NCBI GenBank assembly: GCA_913050175.1
Contig: CAJXAF010000002.1
Coordinates: 185-64,184 of the forward strand
DNA length: 64,000 bases
Source: an uncultured bacterium
GTDB taxonomy: Bacteria; Omnitrophota; Gorgyraeia; Duberdicusellales; 4484-171
Direction: 5' to 3'
The position numbers and the translations under genes are program-made. Of the stretch, positions 40,762-49,793 are shown in pieces (within the stretch, counting starts at the first letter, position 1; each line of letters begins with the position of its first letter). A model generated the notes under the pieces. The model had not been told where the DNA came from. It made no database searches and saw nothing but the letters and a program-made list of their open reading frames with translations.

Positions 40762-41718
40762 CTAAAGCTTGATTTTATCGGTAAAATGATCGCCGACTTT
40801 GAGGTTATGGCCGCAAATAAATGCTTGAGCGGACATCTTTTTCTTACCTTGAGGCTTTAACTCTTTAATTTTTACTACGCCCAAAGAAGTAGCAACATAT
40901 ATGCCATGTTTATCAATTTTGACAACTACTCCCGGTGATTGGTTATTTTCTAAATCCAGAGCTTGAGCTGATAAAATCTTTAAGCCTGAACTCTTATAAT
41001 AGGTATAGGCTGAAGGCCAACCAGCTGTTGCCCGGATTAAATTTACTATTTTTTCAGCTGGCTTGCCCCAGGAGATTAAACCATCGCTTTTTTTAAGTTT
41101 ATGGGTAAGGGTTGCTTTCGACTCATCCTGAGGAATTAAAACAAAATCATCACTAGTAATTTTTTTGATAGCTTCAATTAAAATAGGTACTGACTCTTTA
41201 GCCAGGCGTTTACGTAAACTTAAAAAATTATCATTCTCACTTATGGTTGCTTCCTTTTGTAAAATTATATCGCCGGCGTCTACTCTGTCATTAATTTTAA
41301 AAATTGTAACCCCGGTCTTTTTATCGCCCTCCAGCAAAGTATATTCAATTGGTGAGGCACCGCGATAGTTAGGCAATAGGGAAGGATGTGCACAGAGGCT
41401 GAATATATTCGGGAAAGAAAGTATATTCGAAGGTATTATTTTGCCGTAGTCAGCAACAATAAAAAGATCAGCTTCTTTTTCTTTTAGGGTTAATTTAAAT
41501 TCTTCATCGGATAAAGATGCCGGCTTAAGGCATTCTATTTTCTTATCTGAGGCAAGATCGCTAACTTGAGTAGGAAAAACTTTTAGCCCCCTCCCTTTTG
41601 GCTTATCGGGCTTGGTTATGATTAAAAGCGGCCTATAGCCTTTTGAGCATAAACCATCGAGGATAATTTTAGAGAATTCTGACGAACCAAAATAAACAAA
41701 TTTAATTTTAGTTTTCAT
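40762..41718 (-). CDS. fmt: methionyl-tRNA formyltransferase
   Basis: 318 aa; N-terminal formyltransferase domain (IKFVYFGSSEFS...KPDKPKGRG; SLLPNYRGASPIE) and C-terminal Fmt domain. Confidence 0.9.
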   Translation of the reverse strand: MKTKIKFVYFGSSEFSKIILDGLCSKGYRPLLIITKPDKPKGRGLKVFPTQVSDLASDKKIECLKPASLSDEEFKLTLKEKEADLFIVADYGKIIPSNILSFPNIFSLCAHPSLLPNYRGASPIEYTLLEGDKKTGVTIFKINDRVDAGDIILQKEATISENDNFLSLRKRLAKESVPILIEAIKKITSDDFVLIPQDESKATLTHKLKKSDGLISWGKPAEKIVNLIRATAGWPSAYTYYKSSGLKILSAQALDLENNQSPGVVVKIDKHGIYVATSLGVVKIKELKPQGKKKMSAQAFICGHNLKVGDHFTDKIKL

Positions 41719-41726
41719 ATATTTAT

Positions 41727-43544
41727 TTAATACATCTGGATAGCTGCATAAGTTGATCGGCTACGTAAATTTTTTACCTGGTTCTTTATAATATTCCTTG
41801 AGTCTAAATTGCGCTCGGTCTTAATAATAATTGTATACCTGTACTTATCACGCAGTTTAAAAGGCTGCTCTTTAAATGGGCCGTGGGTTTGAGGAAACTC
41901 TCTTTGTAGTTTATTATATAAGTCTTGGCTCCTTTTAAAAAGAGTATTTTCGTTCTTTGATCTTAAGGTGATTTTAACTAAGAGCCCATAAGGCGGAAGT
42001 TTAAGCTTTTTCCTCAATTCTAATTCAAAGTTGTAGTAGTCTACCCATTCCTGGTTAAGGTATTGAAATAAATAATAAGAATTGTTTTGTGTAAAAAGAT
42101 ACAGAGACCCAGTACATAAAAGTGCCAGTTCTTTTAAATAAAGGTAAGCATTAAAAGTTGCCTCATAATCATTTCTCATTAAAGCTGCATCTATATCAAG
42201 AACAAAACAGGAGTCAAATTCTTTAGGTTCATAAAGATGGCTGAGTATCTTTGAGGTAGAAAGAACAAATTCAGATTTAGGATTTCTTTGCGAGAATGGA
42301 TCGATTTTAACTTCCGGAAACAGGCTCTTTAACATACCCTCCACACGCTGGATACCAAAACCTCTACTTTTCAAGTAACCGTTTTTGCAATTAGTACAAA
42401 CTGACGGAAGGCTAGTGACTTTATGACAATAAGGACAAGTTCCTTCATTTTTATTTATACCTGATTGAAGAAAGCCTGAGCAGTGGCTGCACTTATAAAC
42501 AAAACCACAATTAGAGCAGGACACCATCCTATTAAATCCAGTTTTATTCCAGATAATAACTGCCCTTTTCTTATCGGCGGCAGATTTGCGCAAAAGCTCT
42601 ATAGCGACCGGGGAAAGTATTTTTTTCTTTGTACTTGATTCAAGGCCAACAACATTTATCTTATCTTGCTGGCTTTTGTTCTCGGATAAAGAAAACTTAC
42701 CCTCTTTAATAAGACGATAAGCCGAAAGAGTCGGGTAATCAGAGGCAGCAATAAGATCTATCTTTTTAAAATCACTGAGTAAAATAGCTAGGTCAAAAAG
42801 GTTATGAAAAGGCTTTTCCTGCTGAAAATAGTAGGGACTATTTTCCTGCTCAATTATGAGCAGACCTAAATCCTCAGGGTAATAAAAAAGTGATACCCTT
42901 GTTCCCAAAATCAAAGTCTTTCTTCTTGAGGCCTTCCAGGAAGAAAATAGCTCTTTTTCTTTTTTTTGACTGTGGATAACTTGCAATTTATCCTTAAAAT
43001 CTTTTTCTAGAATCTCTTTGGCTTTGAGAAGGTAGGAAAGTTGGGGAAAACAAATTAAAACTGAAGATTCTTCTAATTTAGCCCTCAATAGAGTTTTATA
43101 CTTATCATAGCGTAAGTTAAAAGTATCGGCTTTTATGTAGGTTCGTTTTATTGGTTTGTTGTTTCCTATTAATTGGCAACTCTCTTCTATCTTATCTCCT
43201 CTGAGCGGATGAGGCTTTTTTAAGTATCCCGGCAACATCATAAACAGAAACTCGCCTTTAGCATAAGGATAATTCTTAGTTAACCTCTCACTAAAGAGAA
43301 TCTGCTCATCATTTAATACAGGATATGAATCAAGTTTTTTAACTATAGTCTTTAACTTTTTAATCTTTGAAGTCTTACTGGTTTTAATCACTAAGGCCAG
43401 TCTCTTTCGACCACGAAAATCAACGATTACTCTCATCCCTCTCTTTATATCAAAAGAGGGCGAAAACTTATAATCAAATTCTTTATCCAAAGCAATCGGT
43501 AAAACAACTTTTGCTATTTTTTCCTTATTCATGTTGGGTGTCAA
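41727..43544 (-). CDS. priA: primosomal protein N' (PriA) homolog lacking Walker A and with degenerate DExH box
   Basis: 605 aa; the N-terminal 3'-DNA-binding domain, the PriA-specific Cys-rich Zn-binding insert (CSNCGFVYKCSHCSGFL...CPYCHK...CTNCKNG) and the C-terminal domain are all present. No GxGKT/S P-loop exists anywhere, and the DEEH position reads IEQEN. Confidence 0.75.
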   Translation of the reverse strand: MTPNMNKEKIAKVVLPIALDKEFDYKFSPSFDIKRGMRVIVDFRGRKRLALVIKTSKTSKIKKLKTIVKKLDSYPVLNDEQILFSERLTKNYPYAKGEFLFMMLPGYLKKPHPLRGDKIEESCQLIGNNKPIKRTYIKADTFNLRYDKYKTLLRAKLEESSVLICFPQLSYLLKAKEILEKDFKDKLQVIHSQKKEKELFSSWKASRRKTLILGTRVSLFYYPEDLGLLIIEQENSPYYFQQEKPFHNLFDLAILLSDFKKIDLIAASDYPTLSAYRLIKEGKFSLSENKSQQDKINVVGLESSTKKKILSPVAIELLRKSAADKKRAVIIWNKTGFNRMVSCSNCGFVYKCSHCSGFLQSGINKNEGTCPYCHKVTSLPSVCTNCKNGYLKSRGFGIQRVEGMLKSLFPEVKIDPFSQRNPKSEFVLSTSKILSHLYEPKEFDSCFVLDIDAALMRNDYEATFNAYLYLKELALLCTGSLYLFTQNNSYYLFQYLNQEWVDYYNFELELRKKLKLPPYGLLVKITLRSKNENTLFKRSQDLYNKLQREFPQTHGPFKEQPFKLRDKYRYTIIIKTERNLDSRNIIKNQVKNLRSRSTYAAIQMY

Positions 43545-44592
43545 TTATATCAAAGACTAAATCCTTAAGCGGCTCTCTAATATCTTTTATTTCTAAAGGG
43601 TATTCTTTCTCTAAAAAACTTTTTTTATTGGCAAAATAATTAACTGCCTTCACTAATTCCTGACTACCCCTAACAAAACGGCCCAAACCGTGTTTTATTA
43701 CAATATTCATATTCTCTGTCTCCTGTCCGGGTATGTAGTGGGTAAAGACAAAAGCAATCCGCTTATAAATTCCTTCAAAAACTGTCAATCCTCCCGGCTT
43801 GGTAATTATAACAGAGCTTATTGATACCAACTCCCACATCTGTTCATAAAAAGAAAAAGTCCTGATATATGGTGAAGCCAGACTATCAAGATAGCTTTTT
43901 AACTTGGTATTTTTTCCATAAATAATTATCAAGTTGTAATCTTTAAGAAGTTGATTGATCGACTCCTTTAGATAGGGAAAATTTCCCCGGGATGAAGAAA
44001 CAAAAAGGATTGTCGGTCTATCTTTGAGAGAAAACTTCCTTCTAAGTTCGCTTGAATTTAGCTCTTTTAAAAACCCCTCTCTTAGGGCCGCGTAGCCACA
44101 AATGATTTTCTTAGGGTCAACACCCTGGGCTATTAAATCTTTTCTTGTAGCTTCAAAGGATGCAAAATAATAATCTACACTTTCATAGACCCACAAGGGG
44201 TGCACCCTTATATCAGTAACAATATTAATTATTTTAAATCCCAATTCTTTTTTAAGTTTGCGCATAAATCTGGGGCAGGAAAAATGGGTAGAAATAACTA
44301 TCTGTGGCTTTTGGCTGCGTAAGTGCTTTAAAAAAGGAGCCAGAAAAAATAACTGTAAGCCATGGACACCTGATGCAATAAAGTTTATTTTAGAGAGGTT
44401 AAAAATTGCCTGCCATATAAAAGGAGTCTTATCAGTTATAAATAGATAGCCTGATACATATAGCTTCTTTAATAAAGGGTGGGTAAAATCTAAAATGTCA
44501 CAAGTTGGAGCATTAAATACGCTGGCGGCTGCCTCGGCTGCTTTCTTATGGCCCTGACCAAAACTAGCATGTGTTATGAGTATTTTAGACAT
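43525..44592 (-). CDS. glycosyltransferase family 28, MGDG synthase / diacylglycerol glycosyltransferase (UgtP/YpfP)-like
   Basis: 355 aa; N-terminal ILITHASFGQGHKKAA (MGDG_synth domain) and C-terminal GT-B nucleotide-sugar domain (ITKPGGLTVFEG). Confidence 0.6.
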   Translation of the reverse strand: MSKILITHASFGQGHKKAAEAAASVFNAPTCDILDFTHPLLKKLYVSGYLFITDKTPFIWQAIFNLSKINFIASGVHGLQLFFLAPFLKHLRSQKPQIVISTHFSCPRFMRKLKKELGFKIINIVTDIRVHPLWVYESVDYYFASFEATRKDLIAQGVDPKKIICGYAALREGFLKELNSSELRRKFSLKDRPTILFVSSSRGNFPYLKESINQLLKDYNLIIIYGKNTKLKSYLDSLASPYIRTFSFYEQMWELVSISSVIITKPGGLTVFEGIYKRIAFVFTHYIPGQETENMNIVIKHGLGRFVRGSQELVKAVNYFANKKSFLEKEYPLEIKDIREPLKDLVFDIIDTQHE

Positions 44593-44610
44593 AAAAAGTG
44601 TTCCTAGGGT

Positions 44611-45171
44611 TCACCCGTAATGAGAACACAGATAATGTGCCGCTAGAAGGAGGTTGTCGAATACGTAATCTGGCTCAAACTCCCACTTATCACGATTAGA
44701 TATTTTCTCTTTTCCCGATAAAACTAATATTGGCTTAGCTCCAAAGGAAACGGCCGTTTGCATATCACGAAAAGAATCACCGATAAAAAAAGATATAGGA
44801 GACTTAAGATCTGACTCAGATACTGCCTGAGTTAAGAGACCGGTTTTCGGTTTTCGACACTCACACCCTTGATCCGGAGAATGGGTACAGTAATAAATGC
44901 CGGATATTTTGGTATTGCTCTTATTGAGCTCTTTTACTATTTTTTTATTCATCTTATCTAAGTCCTGGGTACTATAAAGACCTTTTGATACTCCTGACTG
45001 ATTGGAAATAATAAATAGTTTAAAACCCTTCTCGTAGAGTTTTTTCATACCTTCTAAGCTTCCCGGGATAAATTTAAACTCCTTTAAACTACTTACATAG
45101 TAGCGCTCTCCGGGTTCTTGGTTTATGACCCCATCACGATCAAGAAAAACTATTTTTTCTCTATTTTCCAT
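44611..45171 (-). CDS. gmhB: D-glycero-beta-D-manno-heptose-1,7-bisphosphate 7-phosphatase (HAD family, GmhB-like)
   Basis: 186 aa; HAD motif I FLDRDGVIN, GmhB Zn-binding Cys cluster CTHSPDQGCECRKPKTG, motif III/IV GDSFRD. Confidence 0.7.
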   Translation of the reverse strand: MENREKIVFLDRDGVINQEPGERYYVSSLKEFKFIPGSLEGMKKLYEKGFKLFIISNQSGVSKGLYSTQDLDKMNKKIVKELNKSNTKISGIYYCTHSPDQGCECRKPKTGLLTQAVSESDLKSPISFFIGDSFRDMQTAVSFGAKPILVLSGKEKISNRDKWEFEPDYVFDNLLLAAHYLCSHYG

Positions 45172-45191
45172 GAAGTAAGTTTCCTTATTTA

Positions 45192-46001
45192 CTATTTTGT
45201 TGTATTTTTAGCTGCGGTAAGATTTTTCTTCATTTCCCAATACTTTGCATAAGCAATGATTTGATACAAGGAAGCAAAAAAAGAGAGCATAAAACCTCTA
45301 AAGCCATCTCGCCAACCTTGTTTGCGAATAAAGGTTCGAAAAAATCTATCGTTATAACGCCATAAAGCATGAAATAGGTTCATCTTATAATTTGCTTTTT
45401 TAGGATCATCGCTAAGTAGAGTTATCCATTTTTTGGCTTCCAAGGTAGTTTGGGAATTTAACTTTTTTAGAAAATCTGCCCAATCTCTGTAGGTGTAATG
45501 CAACATTGGCTCTTTTAAATGTAGACACTCTCCGTCAAGAAAAGCTCTGGGATGGACCTCAACTTCTTCCCATCTAAATTTATCCTTTTTAAAGAGTTTT
45601 AACTGCGGGCTTGGATATTGGCCTCCCCATTTAAGCCAATAATCACCAAGAAAATTTTTCCGGGGAATTGTATAAGCTGCGCCTTTAGGATTCTCTCTTA
45701 ACACATGGCCTATCTCATCTCTTAAATCTTGAGTCAGGCGCTCATCAGCATCTAAACTCAAAACCCACTGATTGTTAGCTTGAGCATAAGCCCAGTTACG
45801 ATGCCGGCCCTCGATATCCATCTTCCGGGTAAAAATTCGATCGGTATAATTAGTTGCTATTTGGCGAGTTTTATCAGAACTCTCATCATCAACTAAGATT
45901 ATCTCATTTGCCCAGCCCTTAACACTGTCAAGACAAGCCTCTATGCGTGTTTCTTCGTTTTTTGTAATGATAACTACTGATATCGATGTTTCCATAGGCA
46001 T
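45192..46001 (-). CDS. glycosyltransferase family 2 (LPS core-type)
   Basis: 269 aa; N-terminal GT-A fold SVVIITKNEE...ILVDDESSDKT, DAD-like SLDADERL. Confidence 0.7.
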   Translation of the reverse strand: MPMETSISVVIITKNEETRIEACLDSVKGWANEIILVDDESSDKTRQIATNYTDRIFTRKMDIEGRHRNWAYAQANNQWVLSLDADERLTQDLRDEIGHVLRENPKGAAYTIPRKNFLGDYWLKWGGQYPSPQLKLFKKDKFRWEEVEVHPRAFLDGECLHLKEPMLHYTYRDWADFLKKLNSQTTLEAKKWITLLSDDPKKANYKMNLFHALWRYNDRFFRTFIRKQGWRDGFRGFMLSFFASLYQIIAYAKYWEMKKNLTAAKNTTK

Positions 46002-46046
46002 CTATACTACCATCAATTAAACCTTTTTCAACTCCAAACACTACTT

Positions 46047-46733
46047 TTAAAGGATGACTTCTCTTTTTACCATTCTATAGCTGCCCGGCTTTAAACTACC
46101 CAGCTTAACTTGATCAATAGCTGTCCGTTTAAGATCTTTTACCGGCAAACCAAGCTTTGAGAATAACCGTCGTAAGTGTCTTTTTTTACCCTCTCTAATA
46201 ATCACCCTAACAATCGTTTTTTCGCTAGAAGTAGATATAATTTTAATATCTTCAACTTTTAGGCGTTCACCCATATCAACTACACCATTCTTGGCCTTCC
46301 TGCTCAGAAATTCATTGAGCTGGCCTCTTAGGGTTAGCAGATACTCCTTCTTAACTTTAAATTTAGGATGGGTTAATTTATAACAGAGATCGCCGTCATT
46401 AGTAATAATTATTAATCCGCTTGAATTCTTATCCAGCCGTCCTACCGGAAATATGCCTTTGTATTTGCCGGGAAAAAAATCTATAATCTTTTTCCCGGCA
46501 AATATGTCCCGGCAAGTTGTAATTACGCCCTTTGGCTTATTGAATAAAAAGTAAACTTGATTCTTCTGCTTAATAACCTTTCCCTTAAAGCAAATTACAT
46601 CTGAATCAGATACAGTAAAAAACGGCTTACTAATTACTTCGCCATTAACAGTAACTACGCCTGCCCTTATGAATTCATCAGCCCGGCGGCGACTACATAT
46701 ACCTGATTTTGCAATAAATACACTTAAGCGCAT
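46047..46733 (-). CDS. rRNA pseudouridine synthase, RsuA/RluB family
   Basis: 228 aa; N-terminal S4 RNA-binding domain and catalytic GRLDKNSSGLIIITNDG motif. Confidence 0.8.
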   Translation of the reverse strand: MRLSVFIAKSGICSRRRADEFIRAGVVTVNGEVISKPFFTVSDSDVICFKGKVIKQKNQVYFLFNKPKGVITTCRDIFAGKKIIDFFPGKYKGIFPVGRLDKNSSGLIIITNDGDLCYKLTHPKFKVKKEYLLTLRGQLNEFLSRKAKNGVVDMGERLKVEDIKIISTSSEKTIVRVIIREGKKRHLRRLFSKLGLPVKDLKRTAIDQVKLGSLKPGSYRMVKREVIL

Positions 46734-46746
46734 TATAATTTAAAAA

Positions 46747-47997
46747 TTAGAGTAAATGAGCGGCAATCTTGCCGTTTGAAAAACTATCAATTTCCACCGG
46801 AACAATCTTACCTAGGTTAACCTTTTCTCTTAGGTGAACTTTTAAATAATTCTCTGTGCAACCTATAAGTAAACCATTCTTATATTCTTCGGCTACCATG
46901 TGTAGCTCCTTGCCTATAAATTGCTCTATGTATTCGCGAGATAGTTGTTTAGCCATATCATTTAAGGTATTATATCGGTTGCGAATTGTTTTTTTATCCT
47001 TTATGGTATGACTAGCGAATTCTGTTTTTTCCCGGGGAGAAAAAGTAAAAATATGCATCCGCATTGGTTTTACAGTCTTAATAAAATCAACTGTATTTTT
47101 AAAAGTCTCATCGGTCTCATCGGGAAAACCAACCATGATATCGCAGCTGATTGCGATACCAGAGCGCACAGCTCTTGCCTGATTAACTTTTTGACAATAC
47201 ATTGAAACTGTCTCTTTCTTATTCATTGACTTTAATATGGTGTCATCTCCATACTGAAAAGGAAAGTGAAAATGCGGACAGAATTTCTCATTTTTAAGAA
47301 AAGAAAACAGCTCCTCTTCAACAAATAAAGGCTCCAGCGAGCTTAGACGCAAGCGGCCCAATGACTTTATTTTTAAAATTTCTTCAACCAGGAGATTTAA
47401 GTTCAGTTTTGGTTTTAAATCTCTACCGTATAAACCTAAATTAACGCCGCAGAGGACTATTTCTCTATGCTTTTCTGAGATTCTTTTAATTTCCGCTAGG
47501 ATGCTCGATATATCCCGGCTCCGAGAGGGGCCTCTTAAGTGAGGGATTTTGCAAAAAGTACAAAAATGATCACAACCGTCCTGGACTTTGATAAAGGCCC
47601 GATAATTAAAAAAATTAGTTATTGATAAGGACCATATATCCTGGGGACTACCTGCTTTTTCTTGAGCTTTATTATTGCCTAGAACAATCGACGCTAGGAG
47701 ATGTTTTTTCTCCTGGGGCACAATATAGTCAACACCCAAATTTTGTATATCATCACTATTAAGTTGTGCCAGGCATCCACAAACAACAACTATACTTGCA
47801 GGGTTCTCCTTTTTGGCTGAAAGAATAGCTTCTCTTGATTTACTATCAGCACGCTTAGTAACAGAGCAAGTATTGATTACGTATATATCAGCCTTGTTCT
47901 TAGTCGGCACAACACCTAAAGATAAGAACTCTTCCTGTATCCCTTGAGTCTCGTATTGATTGACCTTGCAGCCAAGTGTTATAAATTTAACTTTCAT
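46747..47997 (-). CDS. mtaB: radical SAM methylthiotransferase, MtaB-like (tRNA ms2t6A37) lacking a C-terminal TRAM domain
   Basis: 416 aa; N-terminal MTTase domain (ITLGCKVNQYET...NTCSVT...CGCLAQ) and radical SAM CDHFCTFC motif. Confidence 0.75.
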   Translation of the reverse strand: MKVKFITLGCKVNQYETQGIQEEFLSLGVVPTKNKADIYVINTCSVTKRADSKSREAILSAKKENPASIVVVCGCLAQLNSDDIQNLGVDYIVPQEKKHLLASIVLGNNKAQEKAGSPQDIWSLSITNFFNYRAFIKVQDGCDHFCTFCKIPHLRGPSRSRDISSILAEIKRISEKHREIVLCGVNLGLYGRDLKPKLNLNLLVEEILKIKSLGRLRLSSLEPLFVEEELFSFLKNEKFCPHFHFPFQYGDDTILKSMNKKETVSMYCQKVNQARAVRSGIAISCDIMVGFPDETDETFKNTVDFIKTVKPMRMHIFTFSPREKTEFASHTIKDKKTIRNRYNTLNDMAKQLSREYIEQFIGKELHMVAEEYKNGLLIGCTENYLKVHLREKVNLGKIVPVEIDSFSNGKIAAHLL

Positions 47998-48709
47998 TAT
48001 TTAAGAAAAAATAATTTAAAAACCCCACTGCAAAGATTGCTGCAGTTTCTACACGCAAAACTTGCGAAGCCAGTTTAACAAGCTTAAATTGGTTTTCTTC
48101 TAAAATACCAAACTCTTGGAGAGAAAAATCACCAACCGGTCCGACAATAAAAAGAATATTGCTGTGCTCTTTATTTAAAACTTTCTCAAAAGCTTGGCCC
48201 TTAATTGAACCAGCTAGTTTAATCCGATAGTCGCTCTCAGCTATCGCCTTAAAAGTAGATACTTCTCTAATACCTGGTATCCAAAGCCTCTCTGACTGCC
48301 TTACAGCTTCAACAATGATTCTCTGCCAACGCTTTAATCTTTGCGGAGATACTTTCTGTCTTAAGCTTCTCTGAGAGCTAAAAGGTAAAAAATCTGACAC
48401 CCCAAATTCAGTCGCTTTTTGTAAGATAAAATCTACTCTTTCTTCCTTTTCAATCGGAAAAGCTAGGGTTACTTTACTATCTCTTTGATTACTAACTCTT
48501 AAAATTGATTCCTGTTTGAGGCTAAGGGTGTTTTTTTTAATATTCTCTATCCGGTAGGTATATTCTTTACCCAGCCCATCAAATATATATATGATGTCGG
48601 CACTCGCCAAGCGCAAAACATTCTTTATCTTATGGATAAGTGTTTTATCGCCTATCTTTACAACATCGGTTATTCGGCCTGGTTGGAGGTATATTCTTAT
48701 TTTTGACAT
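47987..48709 (-). CDS. rsmE: 16S rRNA (uracil1498-N3)-methyltransferase RsmE
   Basis: 240 aa; N-terminal PUA-like domain (MSKIRIYLQP...) and C-terminal SPOUT knot (IFIVGPVGDFSLQE). Confidence 0.8.
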   Translation of the reverse strand: MSKIRIYLQPGRITDVVKIGDKTLIHKIKNVLRLASADIIYIFDGLGKEYTYRIENIKKNTLSLKQESILRVSNQRDSKVTLAFPIEKEERVDFILQKATEFGVSDFLPFSSQRSLRQKVSPQRLKRWQRIIVEAVRQSERLWIPGIREVSTFKAIAESDYRIKLAGSIKGQAFEKVLNKEHSNILFIVGPVGDFSLQEFGILEENQFKLVKLASQVLRVETAAIFAVGFLNYFFLNNES

Positions 48710-48720
48710 AAAAACTCCTT

Positions 48721-48793
48721 TTAAAAAACATGGACCGAAGCGGATTCAAACCGCCGACCTCCTCGTTGCGAACGAGGCGTTCTCCCAACTGAA
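48721..48793 (-). tRNA. tRNA-Ala (anticodon CGC)
   Basis: Reverse complement GGGCTGGTAGTTCAGTTGGGAGAACGCCTCGTTCGCAACGAGGAGGTCGGCGGTTTGAATCCGCTTCGGTCCA. The cloverleaf has a G3:U70 pair, A73 discriminator and anticodon loop TTCGCAA. The acceptor stem closes only with three G:U pairs, and the T-loop reads TTTGAAT (U at position 56). Confidence 0.7.
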
Positions 48794-48976
48794 CTACCAG
48801 CCCAAAAGCTTACAAAATAAAAATAAGGATTCCATCATATTTTGACAAAGATATCAAAACATGTCAAGAAAGACAAATAAACAGGCGTAAAAAATAAGGA
48901 TAGACTTCAAAAGGCAGGTTTTCAATAATCAAAAATATTCAAAACCTAAGCAAAACTCAATTGGATAATAAGTGGA

Positions 48977-49297
48977 TTAAGGCTGATAGTTTACTTGTAC
49001 GTCAACCTGATTTGTACCCGATGGGCCTATACCAGGCGTTACGGTTATGGCAACATCACCATTGGGAATACCGTTTAAATTCGCAGCCGGTGCCCAAGTT
49101 GGAGCAGCAACTCCTCTTCGCAATTCTTCCAAGGTATGCACCATAGCAGCCCTGGCTGTAAAGACTCCTGCGATTCTTCTTATTTTATGTTCAGCAATTC
49201 GGGATTCCTGAGTTAAAAGATATAAAGCAACTAAAGCTAGAGTGAAAACAACAATTAATATTCCAATTACAACTATTAAAATAACACCCTTTTTCAC
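48977..49297 (-). CDS. small membrane-anchored protein with PilX_N-like N-terminus (putative type IV pilus minor pilin-like)
   Basis: 106 aa; MKKGVILIVVIGILIVVFTLALVALYLL...ESRIAEHKI...AAMVHTLEEL resembles the PilX N-terminal domain pattern, and the Ala/Pro/Gly-rich C-terminus gives the gene locally elevated GC. A 61-aa ORF on the opposite strand overlaps it; the minus-strand reading is preferred. Confidence 0.4.
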   Translation of the reverse strand: MKKGVILIVVIGILIVVFTLALVALYLLTQESRIAEHKIRRIAGVFTARAAMVHTLEELRRGVAAPTWAPAANLNGIPNGDVAITVTPGIGPSGTNQVDVQVNYQP

Positions 49298-49527
49298 TTC
49301 TCCTCCTCTTTTGCTAAATCAGCGTCTTTTTCCCGTAAGCTAACTCTATAAGTATCATTTTGGCATTCTACCAAAACATGCCCTTCGCGGGCCAACCACC
49401 CAAGACTCATAAGAATTAAATCTTTAGATCTGTCAACGCCACCGATAAGAGTATCTAAGCCAACTATACCATTTTTGTCTAAAAAATGCCATATTTCACC
49501 TGCTATTATGCCTATCTCTGTAATCAT
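49294..49527 (-). CDS. small winged-helix (DUF2582-like) protein
   Basis: 77 aa; MITEIGIIAGEIWHFLDKNG...DLILMSLGWLAREGHV pattern typical of small wHTH proteins; 4-nt overlap with the downstream gene. Confidence 0.4.
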   Translation of the reverse strand: MITEIGIIAGEIWHFLDKNGIVGLDTLIGGVDRSKDLILMSLGWLAREGHVLVECQNDTYRVSLREKDADLAKEEEK

Positions 49528-49542
49528 TATTGCCTATTTCAC

Positions 49543-49791
49543 CTAAGAACTTGTTATTTTTGGCTTTTGGTGCGATTTCCTATTTATGCTACCACATAAA
49601 GGGCAGTGCCAAAATTCTGACAAAAGAGAAACAAAATACACCGAAGAACATAACTCGCACTGCCTTTTCTCCAGTTGTATTTCCTTCTTTAATTTAGTAA
49701 GGCGTATGTTGTTTACATATTCGAGTAAAAAGGCAAGGAAAACACAGAAACTTAATGAAAAACCAATAAAAGATGCAAGGTTAATCTTCAT
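49543..49791 (-). CDS. small membrane protein with C-terminal Zn-ribbon
   Basis: 82 aa; one N-terminal TM helix followed by CELC...x17...CPLC. Confidence 0.35.
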   Translation of the reverse strand: MKINLASFIGFSLSFCVFLAFLLEYVNNIRLTKLKKEIQLEKRQCELCSSVYFVSLLSEFWHCPLCGSINRKSHQKPKITSS

Positions 49792-49793
49792 TT

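Noticed and set aside
48961-49146. 61-aa plus-strand ORF overlapping the 106-aa PilX_N-like gene
   Set aside because: The minus-strand frame gives a coherent TM-helix plus domain protein co-directional and near-contiguous with the neighbouring operon. The plus-strand frame is His/Trp/Gln-rich with no context.
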